A stretch of DNA of 64,000 nucleotides from an uncultured Acidobacteriota bacterium (GCA_963804995.1 CAWDSK010000005.1:1184001-1248000), one strand, 5' to 3'; counted from the first letter of the stretch, positions 11,301 through 21,872 are shown. Numbers and translations: made by a program. Notes: generated from the letters alone by a model not told the origin.

Positions 11301-12560
11301 ATGGAGAAACAAACCTGCAACGCTGCCGACCTGATGACTCAAGCGGTGGATAGTGTGCGCGACCTGGTGGAAAAGGCAGGTGTGACCTTGTCCGTATCAC
11401 TGTACTCCGCTCGACTTTGGGTTGATCCGGACCGGATTATTCAGGCATTGATCAATCTGCTTGGCAACGCCATTAAGTTCTCACCTCGAGGCGGGAGCAT
11501 TTTGTTAAGTGCAACACCACAAGCAGAGCAGATTCTGTTCCAAGTTAAGGACCAGGGGCGGGGAATTCCGCCGGAAAAGCGCGAAATCATCTTCGAACGC
11601 TTTCAGCAGATTGACGCATCTGACCGAAGGGAAAAGGGTGGCACGGGTTTGGGCTTGCCGATAACTCGCAGCATTGTGCAGCATCATGGTGGGCGGATTT
11701 GGGTTGAAAGCGCGCTGGGTGATGGCAGCACTTTCTTTTTTACTCTTCCATTTCTGCCAGCCGAAACAATCTTGGTTGGCGGCGGTTCTCGCGCCCGAAA
11801 AGTACTGGTGGGCGCTGTTAATGCGGATATTTGCAGTACCGTACAAGCCGTCTTGAACCAGACGGGCTATACCGTAATGGTGGCGTCGTCCTGGCAGGAA
11901 GTAATCGACCAGGCAACTATTGACCGTCCGGACGCTATACTGCTCGATCCCTCATTGCCTGGCATGGAGAGCTTCGAAGCCCTAACTGCACTGAAGCAGA
12001 AGTCACACGGCGAGGACGTTCCTGTGATCGGCCTTGGTGGTATCGCTCCCGACAAAGACCATCTAGCGGCTGTGGGAATGGCGGGTTGGGTGACGAAACC
12101 CTTGAACGAAGGTTCCCTGTTCCACGCTTTGGAATCTGTTTTGGGCAATGCGAGTGCACGTCCGCGCGTTTTAGTGATTGAGGATGACGCTGATTTAGCG
12201 CGAGTGCTCACGACCATCTTTGAACGGCACGGCGCGGTGGTGTTCCATGCTCGGACCGGGCGGGAGGCCATTCAAGTTTGTCCGCAATTTGTTCCTGATC
12301 TGCTCGTACTCGATGTGATATTGCCTGAACTCGACGGCTTTGGCGTTGTGGAACACTTACGGCAACGCGGGAGATGGCAACATTTGCCCCTGGCAGTGTA
12401 CTCCGTGAAGGAGTTGGGCGAATCGGATAAAGCGCGGTTGCGGCTTGGTGAGTCCATTTTCATGACCAAGAGTCGCCTCACCCCACAAGAATTTGAGCAA
12501 CGGGCAATCGGATTGCTCAACTGGACGACTTCCGGGCAGAGAGAGAGGCGACGGCGATGA
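8337..12560 (+). CDS. Multi-sensor hybrid histidine kinase: 2 TM, PAS x3, GAF, PAS x2, HisKA, HATPase, degenerate REC, REC
   Basis: Repeated DITERKRAE PAS ends, GAF (LELQASAG...AFAGHPL), H-box VVSHELRTPLTSIRG, GGTGLGL. Start placed at the ATG after GGAG; the ORF is open from 8259. Confidence 0.92.
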   Translation: MKSPREIVLSFLHPTSSVSHRVIGRTGIRVAALTSVSGSPDPAAWRHIRPLIYLFFAVTGGMAAYEWLKMLAFPGVTMWASYLMTIGVSGAAAVVAGYFVLQRQSRLLERMGVELRGRQRAEVTRKSEEKYRSLVSNIPNVVWTKDAQLHIVFTSPNIERISGYEIDEVYEQRTRLFLENIHPDDNQRVREAFEALFARGQPYDVECRLRHKNGEWIWVHDRALATYEKNGVRYADGLLSDITARKRAEEELHQSRRMLQSILDAIPQRIFWKDRNISYVGCNKTFANDAGLKDPAEILGKNDYELTSRETAERYRADDKLVMECGTPRLNFDEPQNRPDGSLVWLRINKLPLHDREGKVIGIIGTYEDITERKRAEQALQDSQSRLQAIVDSVQAGIVVIDPETHRIVDANSVALELIGAPRDQVVGAVCHKFICPEECGRCPVSDLNQSVDNSERVLLTVSGKRREIIKTVVPVVIAGRRHLLESFIDITGRKRAEAEMAEQHRLATLVAEVGVVLTRAESLCQGLQQCAEILVSNTGAAFARVWTVNEEENVLELQASAGMYTHLDGGHARVPLGKFKIGRIAERGEPHLTNSVQEDSWVGDPEWARREGMVAFAGHPLKVEDRVLGVLAAFARQPLTEATLQAFASVANNIAQFIKRKRAEATRDYLASIVEFSGDAIIGKTPEGVVRSWNAGAERLYGYTPSEMMGQSVFLLVPSEDRKEVEDFLNRVKRGEAIEPHETVRVTKGGRRIDVSVTISPLKSASGDVVGASTFARDITERKRAEQELLFKTALLKAQAETTLDGILVLDLTGHILLANSQFARMWSIPEEAIRTKDDKKLMEHSLGQLRDADAFLKRVNYLYTHASEKSRDEIELKDGRVFDRYSSPLQGSTGKLYGRIWYFRDITDRHELERMKSELVSVVSHELRTPLTSIRGALGLLAGGLLRSQPEKGERMLEIAVSNTDRLVRLINDILDLERMESGKMSMEKQTCNAADLMTQAVDSVRDLVEKAGVTLSVSLYSARLWVDPDRIIQALINLLGNAIKFSPRGGSILLSATPQAEQILFQVKDQGRGIPPEKREIIFERFQQIDASDRREKGGTGLGLPITRSIVQHHGGRIWVESALGDGSTFFFTLPFLPAETILVGGGSRARKVLVGAVNADICSTVQAVLNQTGYTVMVASSWQEVIDQATIDRPDAILLDPSLPGMESFEALTALKQKSHGEDVPVIGLGGIAPDKDHLAAVGMAGWVTKPLNEGSLFHALESVLGNASARPRVLVIEDDADLARVLTTIFERHGAVVFHARTGREAIQVCPQFVPDLLVLDVILPELDGFGVVEHLRQRGRWQHLPLAVYSVKELGESDKARLRLGESIFMTKSRLTPQEFEQRAIGLLNWTTSGQRERRRR

Positions 12561-12937
12561 CAACACGACGAGTTCTTATTGTCGATGATGAGGACGACAT
12601 CCGGGAGGTGGCCCAGATCAGTCTGGAAATGGTCGCAGGTTGGAAGGTATTAACAGCCAGTTCCGGTTCTGCGGGATTGAAAATAGCTAGTGCTGATCAG
12701 CCCGATGCCATCCTGCTGGATGTGATGATGCCAGAAATGGATGGACCGACTACTTTCCAAAAACTGCAGGCAGATCTTTCGATTCGACATATTCCTGTCA
12801 TCTTATTAACAGCCAAGCGGCAGCCTGCCGACCGAAAGCTGTTCGCCGAGTTAGGGGTGGCAGGAGTACTGGCGAAACCTTTCGATCCTCTCAAGTTAGC
12901 AGCCCAGGTAACGGAAGTTCTCCATTGGTCTTCGTGA
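12557..12937 (+). CDS. Single-domain response regulator
   Basis: VLIVDDEDD, LLDVMMP, LAKPFDP; translationally coupled to the kinase. Confidence 0.93.
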   Translation: MTTRRVLIVDDEDDIREVAQISLEMVAGWKVLTASSGSAGLKIASADQPDAILLDVMMPEMDGPTTFQKLQADLSIRHIPVILLTAKRQPADRKLFAELGVAGVLAKPFDPLKLAAQVTEVLHWSS

Positions 12938-12970
12938 CCGATAACCCCCTGTGGTCGGAGGTACAAGACG

Positions 12971-14998
12971 ATTGCTTCAATTCTTGCCGTAGGTGTTTCC
13001 CCAGAGCTGGTGTTGTTCCTCGAACACCGACTGGAGGGCGTAGTGGTCAAGGCTGTCCGAGACGGTCATGAGGCCCTGGCGATACTAGCGAAAGGTGGCT
13101 GGCAGTTGCTTGTGATCGACCACAGCGTTACGGATCCCCCCGCCCTTGAACTCCTTGCCGAGATGCGTACTATCCCGACAGGGTCTAATCTCCCAGTCAT
13201 CTATTGCCTGGAGGAAGGGGCCCCTTCCGAGCTACAAACGACGCTGGTCAGGAAATTGGGGGTGGAACAACTTTGCTTTCATCCCCTGGATCTGGAGGAA
13301 CTGGCTCTTCAGGCGAGTGCGCGGCTTAATCTGCCCCTGCTTTCTCAGCCGAAACAGCAGAGTGAGGCGCAGGATCAGACGCTGGCCGCTGTGGCTGGGC
13401 TTTGGACTCGCTTCAAGGATACCATCCTGGGGCGTGTCGAAGTGGTCGAGCAAGCTATATCGGCGTTGTTGGAAGGTGATCTCAATGGTGAACTCCGGCG
13501 CAAGGCGGAGCAGGAAGCTCACAAGTTAGCAGGTTCAGTGGGATCGTTTGGCTTCAAGGAGGCCTCCCGACTGGCTCATGAGGTTGAACAGTCCTTTCGG
13601 ACCGGGTCAAATCTGGGACAGGCACAAGCTTTGTCCCTTTCGGAGGCGACTGCGGCCCTTCGCCGGGAATTGGAGAGCAAGCCAGTCGGACAGTCAACCG
13701 AGCACTCAGTGCCCACGAGCGATAGCCGCCCATTACTGTTGGTTGTGGATAGTGATAAAGAGGTGGCACAGCAATTGGTTGAAGAAGCCGGCAACAGGGA
13801 GGTTCGGGCGGAGATGGCAATTGAATTGTCCGCCGCCAGGGATTTCATAGGGCGCTTGCGACCGGACGTTGTGCTACTGGACCTATCGTTTTCCCAGGAT
13901 GCACAGGGCAGTTTGAAACTACTGGAAGAACTGACTGACTGCGATCCCCCCGTGCCCGTCCTTGTCTTGACCACTCTTGATAGTCTGATCGACCGGGTTG
14001 AAGTGGCTCGACGGGGTGGGAGGGGTTTCCTCCAGAAACCTATTCCGCCCTGGGAAGTTCTGGATGCCATTATGCAACTGCTGAACCGAGTGAGCGCCTC
14101 GGAGTCCAAGGTGATGGTCGTGGATGACGACCCCCAGGTACTGGCGACACTCAAGGCCTTACTTGAACCCAGACGAATTCGAGTGATTGCATTGGATGAA
14201 CCGCTTCGCTTCTGGGAGGTACTTGAACGAACATCACCTAATTTAATAGTCCTGGACGTGGAAATGCCGCATCTGAGTGGCATCGAGTTGTGTAGGGTGA
14301 TACGCAACGACCCACGCTGGCTTGGTGTTCCTATCCTTTTCCTTACCATGCACACGGATGCAGAGACCGTGCAACGGGTTTTCGCTGCCGGCGCTGACGA
14401 CTTTGTGGGCAAGCCCATTATTGGGCCTGAGTTGTTAACCCGCATTGGTAACCGTTTGGAACATGCCCGTCTCTATCGCAGTTTTGTGGAAACCGATCCC
14501 CTTACAGGGGTGGCCAACCGACGTAAATCCACCACCCTGATCAACCAGCTCATCAGGTTGACCAACCGGCACCACCAGCCGTTTTGCTTCGCCATTCTAG
14601 ACCTTGACCAATTCAAGCGCATTAATGACTCCTACGGGCACGCCATGGGGGATCAGGTGCTCCGCAAGCTGGGGACGGTTCTGCTAAAGACATTCCGGGG
14701 TGAAGATGTGGTGGCACGTTGGGGTGGGGAGGAGTTTGTGGTAGGCATGTTCGGTATGCGGAAGCAGGACGCGGTGCAGAGGATGACGGGAATGTTGAAG
14801 GGTTTTCGTCAGGAACTGTTCACGACTCCCGCGGGGGTGGAGATTCATGTGACTTTTAGCGCGGGAGTTGCTCAATACCCCGAAGATGGAGGGGATCTGC
14901 AAGTGCTCTACAGGGCCGCAGACGAGGCTCTCTATCAAGCCAAAAAGGCCGGACGTGACCAGGTTCTCCCGGCGGGGGATCGGTCCGAGCACAGCTAG
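12971..14998 (+). CDS. Diguanylate cyclase response regulator REC-Hpt-REC-REC-GGDEF
   Basis: Hpt EAHKLAGSVGSFG, receivers, GGEEF active site with RGED I-site. The start is probably the ATT at 12971 after GGAGG; the ORF track starts at GTG 13010. Confidence 0.9.
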   Translation: MASILAVGVSPELVLFLEHRLEGVVVKAVRDGHEALAILAKGGWQLLVIDHSVTDPPALELLAEMRTIPTGSNLPVIYCLEEGAPSELQTTLVRKLGVEQLCFHPLDLEELALQASARLNLPLLSQPKQQSEAQDQTLAAVAGLWTRFKDTILGRVEVVEQAISALLEGDLNGELRRKAEQEAHKLAGSVGSFGFKEASRLAHEVEQSFRTGSNLGQAQALSLSEATAALRRELESKPVGQSTEHSVPTSDSRPLLLVVDSDKEVAQQLVEEAGNREVRAEMAIELSAARDFIGRLRPDVVLLDLSFSQDAQGSLKLLEELTDCDPPVPVLVLTTLDSLIDRVEVARRGGRGFLQKPIPPWEVLDAIMQLLNRVSASESKVMVVDDDPQVLATLKALLEPRRIRVIALDEPLRFWEVLERTSPNLIVLDVEMPHLSGIELCRVIRNDPRWLGVPILFLTMHTDAETVQRVFAAGADDFVGKPIIGPELLTRIGNRLEHARLYRSFVETDPLTGVANRRKSTTLINQLIRLTNRHHQPFCFAILDLDQFKRINDSYGHAMGDQVLRKLGTVLLKTFRGEDVVARWGGEEFVVGMFGMRKQDAVQRMTGMLKGFRQELFTTPAGVEIHVTFSAGVAQYPEDGGDLQVLYRAADEALYQAKKAGRDQVLPAGDRSEHS

Positions 14999-15331
14999 CA
15001 AAGCATCCAAATCGGTTTCGCACGGGGGAAGGGTGGTGACGCTCTCCCCATGCTGATGACTTGGTTCCTCCCAACACGCCGCCGCCCATCTCGGCGGATA
15101 TAGTCGGAGGCCTTGGCCTTAAACCTCCCAGGTTGTCTATTCTCTTCTACCAGTGGCACAATCTATTTTGCTCGGTTTAGATCCTGTTGGCTTCGATGGG
15201 ATCTCTGCCCGGGGATTACCCATAGGGCATGGGCAGCAGATTGACGGCTCAAGGAGTGGTGAAGGGGCCCAGGGGACGGGACGTGGTGGGTCATCATGAG
15301 AGAGTTATGGGCCAGATGCAGCGGGTTCCGG

Positions 15332-17737
15332 TCACAGGCCATAGGTACGGCGCAGCAGGCGGCGCACACGCGCGTGCAGCTCGGGGATAGAAATCGGCTT
15401 GGTCATGTAGTCATCGGTTCCCATCATAAAACCTTTGGTACGGCTTTGCTCATCGGTGTTGGCGGTAAGCATCATAATGGGAATGAATGTCGTTATGATA
15501 TCCTGCCGGAGTCGCTCGCAGACCTCAAACCCGGACAGGCCGGGCATCATTACATCGAGGATCACGAGGTCCGGTTTCAGTCCGTCAACCTTTGCCAAAG
15601 CCTCTAATCCATCCTTGGCCTCGACCACTTCCGGTTTCGAGGGGAGTAATTCCAGCGCCTTGGCTATCAGCGAGCGCATCACTTCGTCGTCATCGACCAC
15701 CAAGATACGTGGAATTCTCTCGGGGATAGACTCCAATGCAGGCGGGGCGGTGCTGGCTGGAGAAACCTCAGCAGACACAGAAGGAACCTTCACGTCTGAC
15801 ACTGGCAAAGGGGCGGGTTTCTCTTGGGCCGGGGCTGCAGCCGTTACAACGGCGGTCCCGCAATAGGGGCAGATTTGCCAACCAGGTTTTAGCTCCTGCC
15901 GGCAGGATTCGCATACTGCCTTAAGAGAAAAAAAGCAATAAGGACAGTGGGCGAAGTCGCGGTTGATCAAGGTTCCGCAATTGGGGCAGCGCGTCACCTC
16001 CTCTTCTTGGAGTTGGATCACGCGTAAAATCTCGTCCACCGTTGTTAGGCCATCCCGCATTTTCTGGAGGGCCTCGTCAAGCAATAGCGTGCTGCCGTCG
16101 AGGAGCATCGCCGTGCGGAGTTCTCCCTCCGGCGCCTTCCGGCTCACCAGTTCCTTCATCCTGGGAGTCATGCGCAGAAACTCGTAGACCCCAATACGGC
16201 CGGAATAACCCGTCTTCCCACAGGCGTCACAGCCTTTTCCATGGTAAAAGGTAAACCGGGCTTCCGCCAAGTGGAGCCGTTCCAGCTGTTTGGCTTCTGG
16301 AGAATAAGGTTCCCTGCAACGCTCACAGACTTTTCGGACTAGTCGTTGTGCGACAATTAAATTTATCGATGTACTAATCATAAAAGGCTCCACCCCCAGC
16401 TCAAGCAGACGGGCGACCGTTGCGGTCGTGCTGTTGGTGTGGAGGGTAGATAGAACCAAGTGCCCGGTCATGGCAGCGTGAAACGCAATTTCCGCCGTTT
16501 CCAAATCCCGAATCTCTCCTACCAGAATGACATCAGGGTCCTGCCGCAGAATCGAGCGTAGGCTGGCCGCGAAGGTCAACCCCGCCTTGGTATCCACCTG
16601 CACCTGATTGATACCGGCTAACTGGATTTCAATCGGATCTTCAACCGTAATGATATTGATCTCCGGTTTTTTCTTTTCCGCCAAGATCGAATACAAAGAG
16701 GTCGTCTTGCCACTTCCCGTGGGGCCCGTCACCAGAATCATACCTTGAGGTTGGTCCGCTGCCTTCTTGAGGATTTCGAGATCTGAATCCTTAATCCCCA
16801 GGGAGGCGGTGGAAGGCACGCGCTGTCCAGAACCCAGGATTCGCAAAACGATTTTCTCTCCAAAGTGGGTAGGTAATGTCGAGACACGTAAGTCAATTTC
16901 TCAATCCGCGTAAGCCACTTTGATGCGGCCATCCTGAGGAACGCGCCTCGCCGTAATGTCGAGCTTCGCCAAGATCTTCATTCGGGACACGAGTGGATCC
17001 TGGATCCATTTGGGCATTCGCAGGTATTCACGTAGAAGCCCTTCGATGCGAACCCGCACCTGGACATCATGAAGAGCCGGTTCAATGTGGATATCGCTGG
17101 CCCCGTACTTGATTCCATACCGGATCAGTAGATTAACCATCTTCACCGCCGGCCCCTTCGTGCTTTCCTTCAGTGAGTCCACACGCTCGATACCATCTTC
17201 ACCGCCTTCCATCCCGACGATTCGCATATCCTCGACGGGGCCGACGTTTTGAAGGAACTCATCCATCCAGTGGTTTGGAGCGTAGTAATAGTTTATGCCG
17301 TCTTGCACTTCGGTACGAGTGGCAACCACGGGCTTGATCGAGCAGGCGGTGGCAAACCCAATATCCTGGATGGCCGTCAAGTCTGTGGGATCAGCCATTG
17401 CCACGACCAATGTCGGACGGCGCTTCACACGACGAGCCGTGGCGTCTTCTGCATCCTCTTCCTTTGTTAGGGGGAGACATATGTATTTGCGGGCCAACTG
17501 CTCAGTAACCGTGCGTAAAACTTCGGGGTCGATGGTTGTCGCCGCCAATTTCACGTACGGTATCCGCAACTGCTGAGACAACGCCTCAGCCATGGTCTCC
17601 TCTGAGATCTTTGTCTCAGCGAGGATGATGTCGCACAACGGGCGTTTGCTTTGCTCTCCCCGTGCGAGGGCCGCAGAGATCTCTTGCGGGAGAAGTACAC
17701 CCGCTTTTTCCAGGATCGAGGCTAATTGTGTGCTCAT
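15332..17737 (-). pseudogene. GspE/PilB-family secretion ATPase with C-terminal double zinc ribbon and REC domain, split by one in-frame TGA (16901-16903)
   Basis: ASDIHIEP, PQDGRI, then AD*EIDLRVSTLPTHFGEKIVLRIL in the same frame. Walker A GPTGSGKTT, LRQDPDVILVGEIRD, CxxC pairs, terminal receiver. Confidence 0.88.
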
Positions 17738-18213
17738 AGGTTACGCTTTCCCGAACTTGGTCAGTTGCGGCCCGATCTAACCCACATTCTTTCTATCAAG
17801 CCAAGGTCCCAGCCGATTGGGCGGCCAATGCGGCCTGCATTACTCACCCAGATACATGGCTGACCGATATCACTTCAAATTCTGGTAAGTGGACTATTTG
17901 TGGCAAGCCCTTGGAGGGGTTGACATTGCCCATTGTGAAAAACGGTAGCGCGCAGCGCTGACGACTAAGCCAGGGACCTCCGCGCACGACGGCACACAGG
18001 CTAATGATCCGAGGAAGAGCAAAAGGCAGCGCCAGGCAACTCCAGACACTTTATGAAGCGCTTCGAGAATTGTCATTTTGCACATAATACAAACGCACAG
18101 AAGTCTGCGCGCGCCGGTATGTTAGCACTGGAAAGCTGCTAAACGCAGATGCGCGCACGGCCGAATTTCCTAACCAGCCCTCACCCGCATGATGAGGGCA
18201 GTGATACCCAATC

Positions 18214-19608
18214 TCATGCAGCCATGACGGCAATAGATGACGAAGTGGGCCCATGAATGGGCAACGTGAAAGAGAACTTTGATCCGACACCGACTTTGCT
18301 CTCCACCCACACGCGACCACTATGGGATTCGACAAGGCGTTTCACGATCGCAAGCCCCAAGCCAGTGCTTTTCTCCCCGGCCGTGGGGCGAACGCTGGTT
18401 CGCCCGAAATCGGTGAACAACTTTCGCAGTTCTTTTTGGGGAACCCCCTGTCCTTGGTCGGAAACAGAGATTACCACTTCCTCGCCAGCCCGGTGTGCAT
18501 GGATGGTGATCCGGCTATTGGGATGGGAAAACTTGATGGCGTTAGTGATGAGGTTGTTCAGCACTTGGTTGACGCGATTGACATCCAAGTTGACCCTGGG
18601 CAGGTCTGGTTCCAGGTTCAGGTCAAATTCAATGGATTTCATTCGGCCCAGCATGCTGTTGACTTCGTAGCAATCGCGCAAGCTCTCAGCCAGATCAACT
18701 TTCTGCAGCTTGAGGTCCAATTCCCCCGCTTCGATGGTGCTTACATCCAGCAACTCATTGATTAAAACCAGCATACTCTCGCAAGCCTTGTCCATCTTTT
18801 GCATAACGGCCCGCTGCGAGTCGGAAATCGACCCCAGGTGGTCGCCCAGGAAAAGGCTTAGGAATCCCTTGATGCCGCCGAGTGGGTTCCGCAGATCGTG
18901 AGCGGCAATCCCCAGGAATTTATTCTTGAGTTCGTTGAGTTCAACCAGTTGCTGATATAGCTTGCCTTTCTCCACAATCAGCGCGAGTTGTCCGGCAATT
19001 TGCTGGAAGATCTCCACATGGGCCTTTATGTAAGTGTGGGGAAGCATGCTACTAAAGAACATGAAACCAATAGATTTCCCCATGGCGATAAGTGGGCATG
19101 TCAAGCTGGAACGCATCCCCTCATCCACGATTCTATGGGTAGAATCGGATGCGGGATGCTCTTGAAGGTACTCTTGGAGGTCGTTGAGAATCCGAGGCTG
19201 GCCCGTCTCAATAATCTTCTCTAAGCTGCTTCCCTCTAACGGGGCCGCATAGCCCTTACTGATCTTCATGACAGGAGCGTTCGAGCGCGCCCAGCGGGCG
19301 CGGACAAGGGTTCCATTCCGATCGAGAAGTGAAAAACCAATCCGATCGTACGGAATGATGGGGCGAAAGGACTCGAAGACGTAATTCAGCACCTCATCTA
19401 GGATGAGACCAGCATTGATCCTCTCGGTGACCTTGCTGAGCGTATTGATTTCATCAAACCTTGACTTGAGGGTGTGGCCCAGTTCGAGCAAGGCTTTCCC
19501 CAAGGCCGCCACTTCGTCCTTGCCGTCGCTTGGAATAGGAACTCGAAATTGCCCTTCTTTCATGGCTACGGTGGCCTTACGATACATGATGATTCGATGG
19601 TCATCCAT
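18214..19608 (-). CDS. Cytoplasmic GAF sensor histidine kinase (HAMP-like, GAF, HisKA, HATPase)
   Basis: AAHDLRNPL, NLITNAIKF, DQGQG, STGLGLAI; GAF motif RSSLTCPL. Confidence 0.9.
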   Translation of the reverse strand: MDDHRIIMYRKATVAMKEGQFRVPIPSDGKDEVAALGKALLELGHTLKSRFDEINTLSKVTERINAGLILDEVLNYVFESFRPIIPYDRIGFSLLDRNGTLVRARWARSNAPVMKISKGYAAPLEGSSLEKIIETGQPRILNDLQEYLQEHPASDSTHRIVDEGMRSSLTCPLIAMGKSIGFMFFSSMLPHTYIKAHVEIFQQIAGQLALIVEKGKLYQQLVELNELKNKFLGIAAHDLRNPLGGIKGFLSLFLGDHLGSISDSQRAVMQKMDKACESMLVLINELLDVSTIEAGELDLKLQKVDLAESLRDCYEVNSMLGRMKSIEFDLNLEPDLPRVNLDVNRVNQVLNNLITNAIKFSHPNSRITIHAHRAGEEVVISVSDQGQGVPQKELRKLFTDFGRTSVRPTAGEKSTGLGLAIVKRLVESHSGRVWVESKVGVGSKFSFTLPIHGPTSSSIAVMAA

Positions 19609-19753
19609 GGTAACCTTCTCCTCGTGCTCCGTGAAAGGTCTGTACGTTTGCGTCAAGTGATGTCTTGGAAAGCAAATTGATCATTCAGTATCCGTAGAGT
19701 TCGGCCTTACGCAAGGCGTGGCACTGCAGCTTTCAATCTGAAAGGCCAACACA

Positions 19754-21217
19754 ATGGGCAAAGAGAACCTCGACGAATTGGACAAACCGAATTCAGACGC
19801 AAGGACCCCTGGGATCGAGCCGCTTGGCCACCCTACTCCCCCCCTGGTGATTCTTGCCATTGATGACGACCCCGGAATGCTCAGGTTCTATAAGGCAGCA
19901 CTAACCAATGAGGATGTCCGCGTCGAAAGCTCGACGGATCCAATTTATGGCGTGGAATTAGTGGAAACCCTCAACCCTGATTTAATCTTGCTGGACCTTA
20001 CCATGCCAGGTATTGATGGCATGGAAGCCCTGCGGCGAATTCGCGCGCGCGATCCTGAGGCACGGGTCGTGATGATAACCGGGGATTATTCAATTGAGTC
20101 TGCCATTAAAGCCATTCAGGCGGGGGCTACGGATTATGTGTGCAAGCCCATCAGCCCGGAGAAAGCGCGCAAAATCGTTCAGGAAACCCTGGAGCAAGCG
20201 GACATTACGCGACGCGAGAGCACTCTGGAAATGCAGTTTGCTGATGTTTTCAGCCTGGAGGGCATGATTGGCCGCAGTCCACGGATGCTGGAGCTTTTCG
20301 ATCTGGTTCGCCGCGTGGCACCGCACCTACGGACCGCCCTGATCACGGGGGAGACAGGGACAGGAAAAGAGCTGGTGGCTCGAGCTTTACATAAGCTGAG
20401 CCCTCGGGGCCAGCAACGCGTTGCGGTGTTCAACTGCAGCGCACTCGTTGACACCCTAGCCGAAAGCCAGCTGTTTGGTCACCGGAAGGGGGCTTTCACG
20501 GGGGCCATAAGCGATCAAATGGGGATCTTCGAGTGGGCCAATGGGGGCACGGTCTTTCTTGATGAGGTGGGCGACTTAAGCCCGACAGCACAATCAAAGC
20601 TCTTGCGGGTGTTAGAAAATGGCGAAGTGCAGAAGCTGGGCCTTCCGCAAGCCATCCGAGTTGACGTGCAAGTGATCGCTGCGACAAGCCGTGATTTGAA
20701 CGTGGAAATGAGGTCCAACCGGTTCCGGCCGGACCTCTGGTACCGGCTGAATATGGTCCAGATTCAAATCCCCCCTCTACGGGATCGCCGGGAAGATATC
20801 TTGCTGCTGGCGCGACGTTTTCTTCTGGATTTCGCTTCCCAATATCGCAAGGAGATTCACAAGATCTCACGACGGGCGGAGTCTGCTCTGCTGGCATATT
20901 CCTGGCCTGGCAACGTTCGGGAATTGGAAAACGTCATCGGTCGCGGTTGCATGCTAACCCGGACAAGAATGCTCGATTTGGAAGACTTGCCGGAAGAAGT
21001 AAGGAATCAATCTGCCCCGGCCGCCACGTCATCGACGACCATGGAGGAAGCGGAGAAACAGGCCGTCATTCGAGCTCTAGGCGAAACGAAGAATAAGGCC
21101 CTTGCGGCACGCAAGCTGGGAATCAGTCGCGCTCGGCTTTATCGCTTGATGGAGAAGTACGGTTTGGCCGATGATCCTTCTGCCGAAGGACGGTTCAACG
21201 AGTCAGCCGGAGAGTAG
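19754..21217 (+). CDS. NtrC-family sigma54-dependent response regulator (REC-AAA+-Fis HTH)
   Basis: GETGTGKE, GAFTGA, FLDEVGD, WPGNVRELEN, AARKLGISRARLYR. Confidence 0.95.
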   Translation: MGKENLDELDKPNSDARTPGIEPLGHPTPPLVILAIDDDPGMLRFYKAALTNEDVRVESSTDPIYGVELVETLNPDLILLDLTMPGIDGMEALRRIRARDPEARVVMITGDYSIESAIKAIQAGATDYVCKPISPEKARKIVQETLEQADITRRESTLEMQFADVFSLEGMIGRSPRMLELFDLVRRVAPHLRTALITGETGTGKELVARALHKLSPRGQQRVAVFNCSALVDTLAESQLFGHRKGAFTGAISDQMGIFEWANGGTVFLDEVGDLSPTAQSKLLRVLENGEVQKLGLPQAIRVDVQVIAATSRDLNVEMRSNRFRPDLWYRLNMVQIQIPPLRDRREDILLLARRFLLDFASQYRKEIHKISRRAESALLAYSWPGNVRELENVIGRGCMLTRTRMLDLEDLPEEVRNQSAPAATSSTTMEEAEKQAVIRALGETKNKALAARKLGISRARLYRLMEKYGLADDPSAEGRFNESAGE

Positions 21218-21497
21218 GGGATTCTATTGCGTGAGGTGAATCTCATTGAAACGGCTCCTTGCTTCACTTCACCGGGGGATGGGAGTCTGACCACGACATC
21301 TGATTGTTGGCGCCGGACAGACATTAACCGAAATTTCGCAAACACCCAGTCTGAACAAACGAAGGGAAGAGCTGGATTATCGGTATCCTTCTGCCATCTT
21401 GTCCGAGGCTAAGGCTCTCCACCTGTAGGCTATTGGCCATCGACGAATTCCACCGACAATAGATTGGGAAATGAAAGGGCTATCGGGCCTGTCTTCC

Positions 21498-21872
21498 TCA
21501 GCCGAGGGAAGCTGACCCGTGCAAGACCTGTAAAATACTCCTGATCATTTTCGGGGTGATGGGTTTTCCAGCGATGCACGTGGCTCCGGCCTCCGACCCC
21601 TTGCGTCGGGTTTCAAAGTCGTCGTAGCCGGTGACCAGAACAATCGGAGTCCCACTATTAATGAGTGTCTGGCGAGCCAAGCGCGTCAAGCACAAGCCAT
21701 CAGGTGAGGGCATGTGAACGTCGATGATCATCGCATCAAAATGGTGGTCAGTGATGTGCTTGGCTGCCTCTACGCTGTCCATCACGGCTAGGAATTCAAC
21801 GCCAGAGTGGTCTAAGAAGCACGACATTGCTCTGAGAGTGTCTTTCTCGTCGTCCACAAGCAGAACTCGCAT
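21498..21872 (-). CDS. Single-domain response regulator
   Basis: VLLVDDE, IIDVHMP, LVTG, GKP. Confidence 0.85.
   Translation of the reverse strand: MRVLLVDDEKDTLRAMSCFLDHSGVEFLAVMDSVEAAKHITDHHFDAMIIDVHMPSPDGLCLTRLARQTLINSGTPIVLVTGYDDFETRRKGSEAGATCIAGKPITPKMIRSILQVLHGSASLG

Noticed and set aside
16901..16903. Stop-codon recoding (TGA as Trp/Sec) or an alternative genetic code
   Set aside because: TGA terminates many intact genes in the window, and the site is not a catalytic Cys position. A point mutation or error is simpler.
19718..19735. Sigma54 promoter TGGCAC upstream of the NtrC gene
   Set aside because: The -12 GC is missing at the required spacing.
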